Assembly: GCA_964526375.1 (NCBI GenBank) | Contig: CAZGLK010000001.1 | Location: 4,811 to 68,810, forward strand | DNA from: an uncultured Candidatus Saccharibacteria bacterium | GTDB lineage: Bacteria > Patescibacteriota > Minisyncoccia > JACQLN01 | Length of the DNA: 64,000 nucleotides | Direction: 5' to 3' | Shown: one piece after another, positions 53,943 to 63,050 of the stretch | How the letters are laid out: the number at the start of each line of letters is the position of its first letter | How positions within the stretch are numbered: position 1 is the first letter of the stretch | The notes under the pieces: model-generated | Database searches by the model: none | Told to the model about the DNA's origin: nothing | Seen by the model: only the letters and a program-made list of their open reading frames with translations | Program-made: the position numbers and the translations under genes

Positions 53943-55417
53943 AGCTCCCCGCCCCAAGTGTGAGTTTCACTGGCCCATGGCGCGATTTGGTTACAATTAA
54001 GTTGGCAGCGGAGTTATTAAGTTATGACGGCATGAAGACCATTCTGATCAGTATTTTACAGGGCATTGAAGCCAAAAATATTTTAAGAACTGAGATTTGC
54101 AAAACGCTCTTGGCAACACCCGACATAAGGCTTGTTTTTTTGGTTGGCACCAAGGACAAATTGGATTATTATGGCCGGGAGTTTACGCATCCCAGGATGA
54201 TCTACGAGCTGGTTTTGCCCGTTAAGGTTTCAAGGTGGGATCGTTTTTTGGGTTTCTTAAAATTTAAGCTGATTAACACCGAGACCATAGATTTAAGAAG
54301 AAAACTGGCAGCTAAAGACAATCGCGTCAGTTTTTTTCTGTACCCGTTCATTTTTTTGTTTAATAGAATTTTTGCCCGAAGAATTTTTAGAAAATTTGTT
54401 AGGCAGTTAGACCAGAGCTTGGCCCCGAGTGCCGATTTTTCCTGTCTTTTTGACAAGTATAATGTTGCCGCGGTTTTCCTGGCTCATCTTTTTGACGATA
54501 CGGAGGCCGCTTTGCTGCGCGAGGCGAAGCGAAGGGGAATTGTAAATGTGGGGCTTATAAATTCTTGGGACAAATTAACAGCCCGGTGCATGTTGAGGGT
54601 GTTGCCGGACAAATTGCTGGTTTACAACGATATCGTGAAAAAAGAGGCTGTTGAGTATGCCGATATGCCGCCGGAGAACGTTGTAGCGGTTGGCGTGCCG
54701 CATTATGATCAGTATTTTACCGATAAACCCCCTTCGCTCGATGAATTTTATAAGAGGGCGAACATTGATTCTAAAAAAAGGATTATTCTTTATTCTCCCA
54801 TAGGCAAGTATTTTAGCGACTCGGATTGGGATATAATAGATTTACTCAACGGTTTTACGGAAAACGAGCTAAGGAGTTATAATGTAGAATTGCTGGTTAG
54901 ATTTCAGCCCAATGATTTTGTCAGTGAGATTGAAATCAAGAAAAGGCCTTGGCTTAAATACGATCTGCCCGGCATTAGATTTTCCAATAAGCGCGGGGTT
55001 GACTGGGATATGAATTTTGCGGATCTAAAAAATCTGTTTGACACTCTGTATTACTGTTCACTCCTGGTTTGTTACGCGGCCAGTATAACCGTTGAGGCTG
55101 CTATTTTGGGCAAGCCGGTTATAAATATAAATTTTGAGGTTAAAGACAAGCAAAAACATTCCCAAACGCCAACCTATTTTTACGGCATGAGCCACTATCG
55201 CAAGGTTTTAGCAACCGGCGGCATCCGTTTGGTTAATAGTAAAGAGGAGTTGTTGAAATGGATTAAAATATATTTGGATCAGCCCGAAATTGATGCTGAC
55301 GGCAGATCTAGACTTGTCAGCGAGCAGTGTTGGAGACAAGACGGCCGGGCCGGGCAAAGGATTGCGGGGTTTTTAATAAGCGAAATTGGTTCAAACCGAG
55401 ACGGTGCGGTGGCTTAA
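53939..55417 (+). CDS. GT-B-fold transferase, TagF/KpsC-like family, paralog 5 of 5
   Basis: …LINSWDKLTARCMLRV… GVPHYDQYF… RIILYSPIGKYF… RQDGRAGQR. Confidence 0.6.
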   Translation: MKLPAPSVSFTGPWRDLVTIKLAAELLSYDGMKTILISILQGIEAKNILRTEICKTLLATPDIRLVFLVGTKDKLDYYGREFTHPRMIYELVLPVKVSRWDRFLGFLKFKLINTETIDLRRKLAAKDNRVSFFLYPFIFLFNRIFARRIFRKFVRQLDQSLAPSADFSCLFDKYNVAAVFLAHLFDDTEAALLREAKRRGIVNVGLINSWDKLTARCMLRVLPDKLLVYNDIVKKEAVEYADMPPENVVAVGVPHYDQYFTDKPPSLDEFYKRANIDSKKRIILYSPIGKYFSDSDWDIIDLLNGFTENELRSYNVELLVRFQPNDFVSEIEIKKRPWLKYDLPGIRFSNKRGVDWDMNFADLKNLFDTLYYCSLLVCYAASITVEAAILGKPVININFEVKDKQKHSQTPTYFYGMSHYRKVLATGGIRLVNSKEELLKWIKIYLDQPEIDADGRSRLVSEQCWRQDGRAGQRIAGFLISEIGSNRDGAVA

Positions 55418-55456
55418 TTGGGAACTTGGTTTGACTGCTAATTATCAAGTGCAAAA

Positions 55457-55687
55457 ATGGACAGGTTAGAAAATTTAATAGCTAGGGTTTTGAATGTTGA
55501 ACCCACCGCGGTAAACGACAACACCAGCCCCGATAATGTGGAAAGCTGGGATTCTTTTAGCAGTTTAATTTTGGTTACGGAACTGGAAAAGAATTTTAAA
55601 GTTAAGTTTAGTTTGGAAGAGGTTGTTCTGGTTAAAAATGTGGGGGACATTAAAAAAGCCTTAAGGAATCATGGCGTGAAAGTATGA
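55457..55687 (+). CDS. acyl carrier protein, paralog 2 of 3
   Basis: 76 aa, SWDSFSSL motif. Confidence 0.7.
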   Translation: MDRLENLIARVLNVEPTAVNDNTSPDNVESWDSFSSLILVTELEKNFKVKFSLEEVVLVKNVGDIKKALRNHGVKV

Positions 55688-56112
55688 CTTTAATTTCCAG
55701 CAACCTGGAGTTTGAGCAAATTAAGATAGGGGATGTTTTTTCGTTTAAAAAACTTATAGATGACGAATTGATTGATCGTTTTGCCGTGCTGGTGGGTGAT
55801 TACAATCCTCTGCATACGGATATTGCTTATGCTAAAGAAAATGGTTTTGATGGCCGATTGGCTCAAGGTCTGTTGACGGGAAGTTTATTTTCAACCCTGG
55901 TGGGTATGTTTTGCCCGGGTCGGCGGGCCTTATACTTATCGCAGAGTTTAAATTTTAAAAAACCCGTGGTTGCCGGCAGAGAGGTGTTAATTAAGGGCGA
56001 GGTATTGGATAAATCTGAAAGTACCAGAGTTATTAGGTTAAAAACTTTGGTTTGTGACGAGAAAGAAGATATAGCCGTAGAGGGGGAGGCTTTAATTAAA
56101 GTCGGGTTGTAA
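55684..56112 (+). CDS. MaoC-like (R)-specific enoyl dehydratase (hot-dog fold)
   Basis: …GDYNPLHTDIAYAKENGFDGRLAQG…. Confidence 0.7.
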   Translation: MTLISSNLEFEQIKIGDVFSFKKLIDDELIDRFAVLVGDYNPLHTDIAYAKENGFDGRLAQGLLTGSLFSTLVGMFCPGRRALYLSQSLNFKKPVVAGREVLIKGEVLDKSESTRVIRLKTLVCDEKEDIAVEGEALIKVGL

Positions 56113-56143
56113 ATTTTGTTAGGTAAAGAGATAGTTTCAAATT

Positions 56144-56839
56144 ATGAGATTCAAAAACAAAGTTATTCTTATTTTAGGGGGCACGGGGCACATTGGTTCG
56201 GCCGCGGCCGCGGCTTTTGAAAGAGAGGGCGCCAAAGTATGCCGCCACGGGCGATCCGGAAAATACAAAGCTGATCTAAGAAACGAAAAAGATATTGATG
56301 ATTTGGTTTCTAGTGTATTGGCTGATCATGGGCGGGTTGATGTTGTGGTTAATTCGGTTAGCCATCCCGTTAAAATAAATAGTTTTGACAAAAAAACATG
56401 GTCCGATTTTAAGGATCAGTTTCTGGTTCAGCTGGGTGGCGGTTGGGAAGTAATACAAAGATTGCTGCCGGGCATGAAAACAAACAGAGAGGGGAGAATA
56501 ATAAATATTCTCACGTCTTATGCCGTCGGCCAGCCGCCTTCTGGTTTAGCGGATTATGTCACGGCCAAATATGCTTTATTGGGTTTGACAAAGGCATTGG
56601 CTAAGGAGTTGGGCAAGTATGGAATTACCGTTAATGCAGTTTCGCCCAGTTTAATAAAAAACGCTTTTTCTGGTGGCGTGCCGGAGAAGCTCTTGGATTT
56701 GATCGTTGCCCAAACGCCGTTGGGCCGTTTAGCCACAGCGGAAGATGTTGCCGGTAGCGTGTTATTTTTGGCTTCCGATGAGGCCGCTTATATAACTGGA
56801 CAGAATATCGTCGTGGCTGGCGGAAATGCAATGCTATGA
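56144..56839 (+). CDS. SDR-family 3-oxoacyl-(ACP) reductase-like (FabG-like)
   Basis: ILGGTGHIGSA… YVTAKYALLGLTKALAKE…. Confidence 0.7.
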   Translation: MRFKNKVILILGGTGHIGSAAAAAFEREGAKVCRHGRSGKYKADLRNEKDIDDLVSSVLADHGRVDVVVNSVSHPVKINSFDKKTWSDFKDQFLVQLGGGWEVIQRLLPGMKTNREGRIINILTSYAVGQPPSGLADYVTAKYALLGLTKALAKELGKYGITVNAVSPSLIKNAFSGGVPEKLLDLIVAQTPLGRLATAEDVAGSVLFLASDEAAYITGQNIVVAGGNAML

Positions 56840-56884
56840 AATTAAATCAACCAAGGTAGTATATAGTAGCACGGTCTAGCGTCC

Positions 56885-58627
56885 ATGACAAAGAATATTA
56901 CTAACATAGAACCTAATTTGGCTGATTATGATAAAACCCGTGCTAATTTCTCTTGGGAGGATTGGCATAGGGAGTTTTATTTCTATAACCATGGCAACAG
57001 GGTTAACTATGCCTATGAGGTTACCAACCATCAAGTGGAGAAGGGCAACGGCGGTGTGGCGGCGATAATAGAACAAAGGGCTGACGGAAGCATCGACAGG
57101 ATAACTTACCGGGGATTAGCCCGGGCCACCGATGTAATTGCCGGCAACCTCAAGTCTCTTGGTTTAAAACCCGGAGAGAGGTTTGCGATCTACGCCCCTA
57201 GATCAATCGATTATGCGAAAGTACTTTTGGCGTCTGTAAAATGCGGCGCCGTGGCTGTTCCTCTTTTTGATGCTTTTGGCCCGGGCGCGATCAAGGATAG
57301 AATTAATGATTGTTCAGCCAGCTGGATTTATGTTGCCGGTGATTTGTTCAATAATGTGCGTCTCGGGGAATTACCTTCTCTGAAGAAGGTATTAATGAAT
57401 AGATTGCCGGCCGGGCTTGAGAAAACCAAGAGTGATGTTCGGTTTGTTACATTGGCAGAGCTCATGAGGGGTAAGGTTGGTTGGGACGCAGTTAGTTTCG
57501 GGGATTTAGAAACAGCCTTTATTATTCATTATACCTCCGGCTCCACAGCTAAGCCCAAGGGTGTGTTGTTGGCCAACAGGACCATGGTGGGCCATTTGGT
57601 TACGGGACTATATGTTTTAGATTTGCGGCGGGGTGACAGGTTATGGAATACCGGCGATCCGGGCTGGATAACAGGAATGGTTTATAATTTTTTTGCACCT
57701 CTGTTACTAGGTGCTACTACTCACATATACCATGGTCCTTTTCATCCCCAGGGTTGGTCTAATTTTATGAGAAAGATGAAAATAACGGTTTGGTACAGCA
57801 CACCTACGGCTTTCAGGTTGCTCCGTTATTATAATGCGCCAGTAAACAGAAAAAATACTCCCTGTTTGAGGCATATAGTCAGTGCCGGTGAGCCGCTTAA
57901 TTCCAGTTTGGTTGACTGGACCATGGAAAATCTTGGAATTCCCATACATGATTCTTGGTACATGACGGAAAATGGGCATCAGCTTATAAATAATTACCGC
58001 TGTCTGACGGTTAAAAAAGGTTCCATGGGCAAGCCGTTTCCGGGAATTGAGGCCGCGATTATTGATGAAAAATGCAGAAAGTTGCCGGTCGGAAAAGTTG
58101 GGCGTCTGGCTGTAAAAACTCCCTGGCCCGGTTTAATGAAAACAATCTGGAATAACCGTAAAAAATTTGATTCCTATTTTGAGAAAGGATGGTATATATC
58201 TGGAGACATGGCATATCGGGATAGGGATGGATATTTTTGGTTCCAGGGTCGGGAGGATGACATGATAAAAAGCGCTGCCGAGAGAATAAGCCCCTTCGAG
58301 ATAGAAAATATCTTGGTTTCTCATCCGGCTGTTGGGGAGGCGGCAGTTATAGAAAAACCGGACGACTTGTATGGGGGAATTGTTAAAGCCTTTGTGGTGC
58401 TAAAACCAAATTTCGCTTCTTCGGAGTCTGTCAGGGAAGACATAGTAAGACACGTGAGAGACAATTTATCCACTTCTCAAGTCCCGCGAGAGGTGGAGTT
58501 CGTGGGTGATTTGCCAAAAACAAGGAGTGGTAAAATAATGAGACGGCTGCTAAGGGCCAAAGAAATGAACATGGATCTCGGCGATGTTTCTACATTGGAT
58601 ACGGAAATGAAAACAGATCTTAAGTGA
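56885..58627 (+). CDS. AMP-dependent synthetase/ligase (acetyl/acyl-CoA or acyl-ACP synthetase-like)
   Basis: IHYTSGSTAKPKGV… GDPGWITGM… YISGDMAYRDRDGYFWFQGREDDMIKS… LPKTRSGKIMRR. Confidence 0.8.
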   Translation: MTKNITNIEPNLADYDKTRANFSWEDWHREFYFYNHGNRVNYAYEVTNHQVEKGNGGVAAIIEQRADGSIDRITYRGLARATDVIAGNLKSLGLKPGERFAIYAPRSIDYAKVLLASVKCGAVAVPLFDAFGPGAIKDRINDCSASWIYVAGDLFNNVRLGELPSLKKVLMNRLPAGLEKTKSDVRFVTLAELMRGKVGWDAVSFGDLETAFIIHYTSGSTAKPKGVLLANRTMVGHLVTGLYVLDLRRGDRLWNTGDPGWITGMVYNFFAPLLLGATTHIYHGPFHPQGWSNFMRKMKITVWYSTPTAFRLLRYYNAPVNRKNTPCLRHIVSAGEPLNSSLVDWTMENLGIPIHDSWYMTENGHQLINNYRCLTVKKGSMGKPFPGIEAAIIDEKCRKLPVGKVGRLAVKTPWPGLMKTIWNNRKKFDSYFEKGWYISGDMAYRDRDGYFWFQGREDDMIKSAAERISPFEIENILVSHPAVGEAAVIEKPDDLYGGIVKAFVVLKPNFASSESVREDIVRHVRDNLSTSQVPREVEFVGDLPKTRSGKIMRRLLRAKEMNMDLGDVSTLDTEMKTDLK

Positions 58628-58642
58628 AACCATCTCTTAAAT

Positions 58643-58873
58643 ATGAAGCAGAAACTCGAGAAAATTTTAGGGAAAGTTTTTGGAGTAAATCCAAAGAGAA
58701 TCACAGACAAAACAAGTCCAGAAAACTTGCCCAGTTGGGATTCTTTTAACGGTTTGGTTTTGGTGCGGGAGCTGGAAAAGAATTTCAATATTAAGTTGGA
58801 TGTTGAAGAGATGGCTAAGATCAAAAGAGTGGCGGATATAAGAAGATTACTGAAACGTTACGGCCGTCTTTAG
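58643..58873 (+). CDS. acyl carrier protein, paralog 3 of 3
   Basis: 76 aa, SWDSFNGL motif. Confidence 0.7.
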   Translation: MKQKLEKILGKVFGVNPKRITDKTSPENLPSWDSFNGLVLVRELEKNFNIKLDVEEMAKIKRVADIRRLLKRYGRL

Positions 58874-58985
58874 TTGGCGCGCGGCTATGCGCAAAAGCGG
58901 TTTGTTGAATAGTTAAATGTAATTTGTTAAGCTTGAGTTTGCAGTTTATGAAGTTCTTTTCGCACCCACATAGGAGGGAGCCCGG

Positions 58986-59363
58986 ATGGTTAAGGTTAAG
59001 CATGGGCAAGTCTTCGCTGCCAGAATGGATGACGCGGTTTTTGTTGACCGAAAAATAAAATTAATTGCTAAGGAGGTTTGGGATGTTATCAATCAGGAGT
59101 TAGAGGTTGATCTCGAACCAGGTGATTTGGGGGAGCATATCATTACCGAGGGTTTAGGTGATCTCTCCGATATCACGCCGGGGACGTTCTTGCTGATCGG
59201 AGACTCGATTGGATTGTCCTTGCAGGTACAAGAAAGAGAGCATCTTGAAAAAATCGAAGGGTATCACTCTGGTCCTAGTGTTTGCGGAGCGGTTTTGATA
59301 GCTGTTGTAAGGAGAGGTCTGTATTACAGAATTAAACCGAGGGATGTTATAACAGCTGCGTAA
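58986..59363 (+). CDS. small beta-barrel protein, MOSC-domain-like
   Basis: …GEHIITEGLGDLSDITPGTFLLIGDSIGLSLQV… resembles the MOSC core; weak. Confidence 0.35.
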   Translation: MVKVKHGQVFAARMDDAVFVDRKIKLIAKEVWDVINQELEVDLEPGDLGEHIITEGLGDLSDITPGTFLLIGDSIGLSLQVQEREHLEKIEGYHSGPSVCGAVLIAVVRRGLYYRIKPRDVITAA

Positions 59364-59453
59364 AAGCAAAAGCCGCGGGTGGCGTGTTAAAATTAAACAC
59401 GCCATCTTTTTTCAACACTATTACACCACTATTACACCAATAGAAATTATAAG

Positions 59454-60467
59454 ATGTTTGTTACAACTTACCAGAATACTGATTTTAAGATCTTTTCTGA
59501 ATATATAAAATCGGTTTTTAATCCTAATTATATATTAGGCTATGAGAAATATCTTAAATGGCAATACTCCGATTCTTTGTATCTTCTTAAGGCCGGAGAT
59601 CAAATTGCGGGCCATTTTGGCTTCAGAGATATTTCCTACAAAGTGGGAGAAATGGTAAAAAATGTACGGGTGCTGATGAATCTGTTTGTTTTGCCTCAAT
59701 TTCGCGTTTCGGGCGGGGGAGCGATACTTTCTGGGAAAGTTTTTGACACCGCTAACGCCGTTATGGTTTCTGGCTACAACCCGGCTCTTCACGGTCTCGG
59801 CGCGCACCTGATTTCGGGCTGGAAAGCCGCCGGCAATCTTTCTAGGTTTATGGCCGTGCTGAATCCTAAAAATCCCATGCTGGCCCAATATAAGTCGTCC
59901 TGGGCTAGACCCGTTCGCAAACGGCACAGGGGTTGGGTGGTGGATTTGGGCATTAGTGACCCGGATGTTTTGGAACGGGCCTGGCTGGAATCTAGGTTCA
60001 ATTACCGATTGACCGTTGAACGCAGCAGCAGTTATGTGAAATGGCGTTTTTTTGATCACCCCTTTATAGATTACCGGGTTTTTGTTTGTTTTAATAACGG
60101 GTCGCCTCGCGGTTATTTGATTGGTCGGATAGAGGGGAATAGTGTTTTCAAAATAGCTCGGATTATAGATCTGGTGGCCGTTGAGCCGGCTGATTACTGC
60201 CTTATAAGCAGTTTTATTGATTGGGCCGGACAGGAGTTTTGTGACGCTGCGGATTTCATGTTTTCTGGAAAGGCGCACCGGGAGGCTTTACGGGATGTCG
60301 GTTTTTTTGATGTGTTGGATACGGATTTTGCTGATTTTCCGATACTTTTTAGTCCGATTTCTAACAGGAAAAATTTTATCAACATAGCCTATAACCTGGA
60401 ATTTGGTTTAGGAGAGTGTTACTTCACCAAGGCCGACGGCGACCAAGACAGATATAATCCTTATTAA
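59454..60467 (+). CDS. FemAB/BioF2-like GNAT-fold acyltransferase, paralog 2 of 2
   Basis: Same architecture as 39928-41040. Confidence 0.5.
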   Translation: MFVTTYQNTDFKIFSEYIKSVFNPNYILGYEKYLKWQYSDSLYLLKAGDQIAGHFGFRDISYKVGEMVKNVRVLMNLFVLPQFRVSGGGAILSGKVFDTANAVMVSGYNPALHGLGAHLISGWKAAGNLSRFMAVLNPKNPMLAQYKSSWARPVRKRHRGWVVDLGISDPDVLERAWLESRFNYRLTVERSSSYVKWRFFDHPFIDYRVFVCFNNGSPRGYLIGRIEGNSVFKIARIIDLVAVEPADYCLISSFIDWAGQEFCDAADFMFSGKAHREALRDVGFFDVLDTDFADFPILFSPISNRKNFINIAYNLEFGLGECYFTKADGDQDRYNPY

Positions 60468-60469
60468 TC

Positions 60470-61210
60470 ATGACCAAGTTGGGATACGGCATTTCGGTTT
60501 TTTTCCCGGCTTATAACGAGGAGGAAAACATAGGTGATCTTGTTTTAACCGCCTATCGCTATCTTAGGCGCCGGTTTGAAGATTTTGAGATTTTGGTGAT
60601 AAGTGAAGGCAGCACCGACAGAACCAAAGAGATTGTCTTAAGCCTAAGCCGGAGTATTCCCAGCTTGAGATTATTATACCAACCACGGAGTTTTGGTTAT
60701 GCCGGCGCCTTGAGAACCGGTTTTAGGAACGCCCGCAAAGAGCTTGTCTTTTACACCGACGGCGATAATCAGTTTGACATAAACGAGCTGGATAAGTTAA
60801 TTCCCCTTATAGAAACTCATGGAGTGGTAACGGGTTATAAAATCAAACGTCATGATCCGCCAGTGCGCCGTTGGGCCTCGTGGCTGTATAATTTGGCCAT
60901 GAGGCTATTTTTTGGACTAAGGCTCCGAGACATTAACTGCGCTTTTAAGCTTTACCGCCGGGAGGTGATTGAGAAGATTGATTTCATTCCTAGCCTGACC
61001 CAGGGAGTTATCAACGCCGAGATTTATGTGAACGCTCTGGCCAATGGTTATAAAATAGCCGAGGTGGGAGTTAACCATTACCCGCGCGTTAAGGGTGTTT
61101 CCGGAGCAGAGTTGGGGCGGACGCTGGGGTTTGTTAAACCAAAAATTATCTGGCTTTTTTTAAAGGACACTTTGAGTTTATGGACAAAAATTCACCTAAG
61201 AAAAAATTAA
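60470..61210 (+). CDS. GT2 polyprenyl-phosphate sugar transferase (DPM1-like), second copy
   Basis: …ISVFFPAYNEEENI… TDGDNQFD…. Confidence 0.75.
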   Translation: MTKLGYGISVFFPAYNEEENIGDLVLTAYRYLRRRFEDFEILVISEGSTDRTKEIVLSLSRSIPSLRLLYQPRSFGYAGALRTGFRNARKELVFYTDGDNQFDINELDKLIPLIETHGVVTGYKIKRHDPPVRRWASWLYNLAMRLFFGLRLRDINCAFKLYRREVIEKIDFIPSLTQGVINAEIYVNALANGYKIAEVGVNHYPRVKGVSGAELGRTLGFVKPKIIWLFLKDTLSLWTKIHLRKN

Positions 61211-62133
61211 AGGCGCTGGTTAGCGGCGAGGCCGGAATTTTCAGCTCCAACCTGGTTGAGGTTTTCTTCGACAAAGGGCACGAGGTAAAGGTCGTTAATG
61301 ATTTTACGTATGGTTTTCGGACGTTTGTTGATAAAAGCGCTAAATTTCATCGTGGTTCCATAGCCGATGTTAAGCTTTTAGGGAAAATTCTGCCCGGGGT
61401 TGATGTTGTTTTCCACTTGGCCGCCACGGCCACCATAGCCTTTTCTCTCAATCAGCCCGAAAAGTATTTTGAGAATAATTTCATGAACGGGATCGTTCTG
61501 TTGGAAGCCATGAGGCGAGCCGGCGTAAAAAAAATAATTTATTCTTCCAGCGGGGCTGGCTACGGCCAGCCACAAAATCCTTATGTTAAGGAGACCACTC
61601 CAACGGAGCCGATAAACCCCTACGGTGCCTCCAAATTGGCTTTTGAGCACGCCCTTAGCGCTTACTGCAATTCTTTCGGCTTAGAAAGCGTTTCTCTTAG
61701 ATACACCAATGTTTACGGACCGCGGGATGAGCAAAAATCCAGCACCCGCGCAATTTCGCGCTGGATCAGGTCTGCAATTAAAGGTGAACCGTTAATTTTG
61801 TACTGGGCTGGTAAACAAACGAGAGACTATGTCTATGTTGAGGATATAGCTAGAGCCAATCTTCTGGCCGCGGAGCGTGGCCGCGGTTTAAAGGTTTATA
61901 ACGTGGGTTCGGGCGAGGGTATAATCATGAAAGATATTGTTAAAAAGTTAGAGTATTTGTTCGGCCGCAAACTAAAAACCAAGGATTTGGGTGAGCGTAA
62001 GGGGGATCCCAGTATTGTGATAGCAGACATTTCTAAAATCAAACAGGAGCTAGGCTGGAAACCACAGATGGATTTTGACGCTGGACTGGCTAAGACCGTA
62101 GATTATTACCTAAATCACGCCATTAAATTATGA
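61180..62133 (+). CDS. NAD-dependent sugar epimerase (GalE/WbpP-like), copy 1 with an atypical GEAGIFSS dinucleotide motif
   Basis: …VFHLAATATIAFS… YGASKLAFE…; tandem paralog of the next gene. Confidence 0.7.
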   Translation: MDKNSPKKKLKALVSGEAGIFSSNLVEVFFDKGHEVKVVNDFTYGFRTFVDKSAKFHRGSIADVKLLGKILPGVDVVFHLAATATIAFSLNQPEKYFENNFMNGIVLLEAMRRAGVKKIIYSSSGAGYGQPQNPYVKETTPTEPINPYGASKLAFEHALSAYCNSFGLESVSLRYTNVYGPRDEQKSSTRAISRWIRSAIKGEPLILYWAGKQTRDYVYVEDIARANLLAAERGRGLKVYNVGSGEGIIMKDIVKKLEYLFGRKLKTKDLGERKGDPSIVIADISKIKQELGWKPQMDFDAGLAKTVDYYLNHAIKL

Positions 62134-63050
62134 AAGCTCTGGTCACTGGAGGGGCTGGTTTTATCGGTTCCAACTTAACCAAATTTATGTGCGATCAAGG
62201 CCACCAGATAACGGTAATTGATGATTTGTCTTCCAGCGGCCGCAAAAAGATTGACCCGCGAGCCAAGCTGGCTATCGGATCGGTTGGCGATTCTAAATTG
62301 ATGGAAAAACTTGTGCGGGGCCAAGATGTTGTTTTCCACTTAGCCGCCACCGGGATTATCAAGTTTTCTTTAGAACGGCCGGTTGATTATTTTAAGAATA
62401 ATGTTATGAACGGAATTGTTTTATTGGAAGCCATGAGGAAAGGGAATGTCAATAAAATGGTTTATTCTTCCAGCTCTGGCGCTTACGGCGAACCAAAAAA
62501 AATTCCCATAAAAGAAGACTACCCCAAGAACCCCATCAACCCCTACGGAGCGGCTAAGCTGGCTTTTGAGAATGTCTTAAGTTCTTATTATCATGCTTAT
62601 GGGATAGAAAGTGTTTCCCTTAGATATTTCAATGTCTACGGCCCCGGCGATGAACAACGGCCGGCCACGCGGGCTGTGCCTAACTGGATCAAGTCGGCAC
62701 TTAAAAGCAAACCTCTAACTCTTTATTGGGGCGGCCGGCAGATCAAGGATTATGTTTTTGTGGGAGATGTTATTAGGGTCAACCTCTTGGCGGCCCAAAA
62801 GGGCAAGGGTTGCCTTGTTTATAACATCGGTAGCGGTGTGGGCAGAAAAATGATAGATGTGGCCGGGAGGTTGGAAAAAGTCTTTGGCAAAAAATTAAAG
62901 ATAAAGCAAATGGGCGACCGAGCCGGCGACCCCAATATCTTGGTCGCGGATATCAGCAAAATCAGGAAAGAGTTGGGCTGGAAGCCGGAGATTAGTTTTG
63001 AAGAGGGATTAGAGAGAACCATTGAGTATTATGCCCAGAGTCTCATTTAG
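62130..63050 (+). CDS. NAD-dependent sugar epimerase (GalE/WbpP-like), copy 2
   Basis: ALVTGGAGFIGSN… YGAAKLAFE…. Confidence 0.75.
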   Translation: MKALVTGGAGFIGSNLTKFMCDQGHQITVIDDLSSSGRKKIDPRAKLAIGSVGDSKLMEKLVRGQDVVFHLAATGIIKFSLERPVDYFKNNVMNGIVLLEAMRKGNVNKMVYSSSSGAYGEPKKIPIKEDYPKNPINPYGAAKLAFENVLSSYYHAYGIESVSLRYFNVYGPGDEQRPATRAVPNWIKSALKSKPLTLYWGGRQIKDYVFVGDVIRVNLLAAQKGKGCLVYNIGSGVGRKMIDVAGRLEKVFGKKLKIKQMGDRAGDPNILVADISKIRKELGWKPEISFEEGLERTIEYYAQSLI

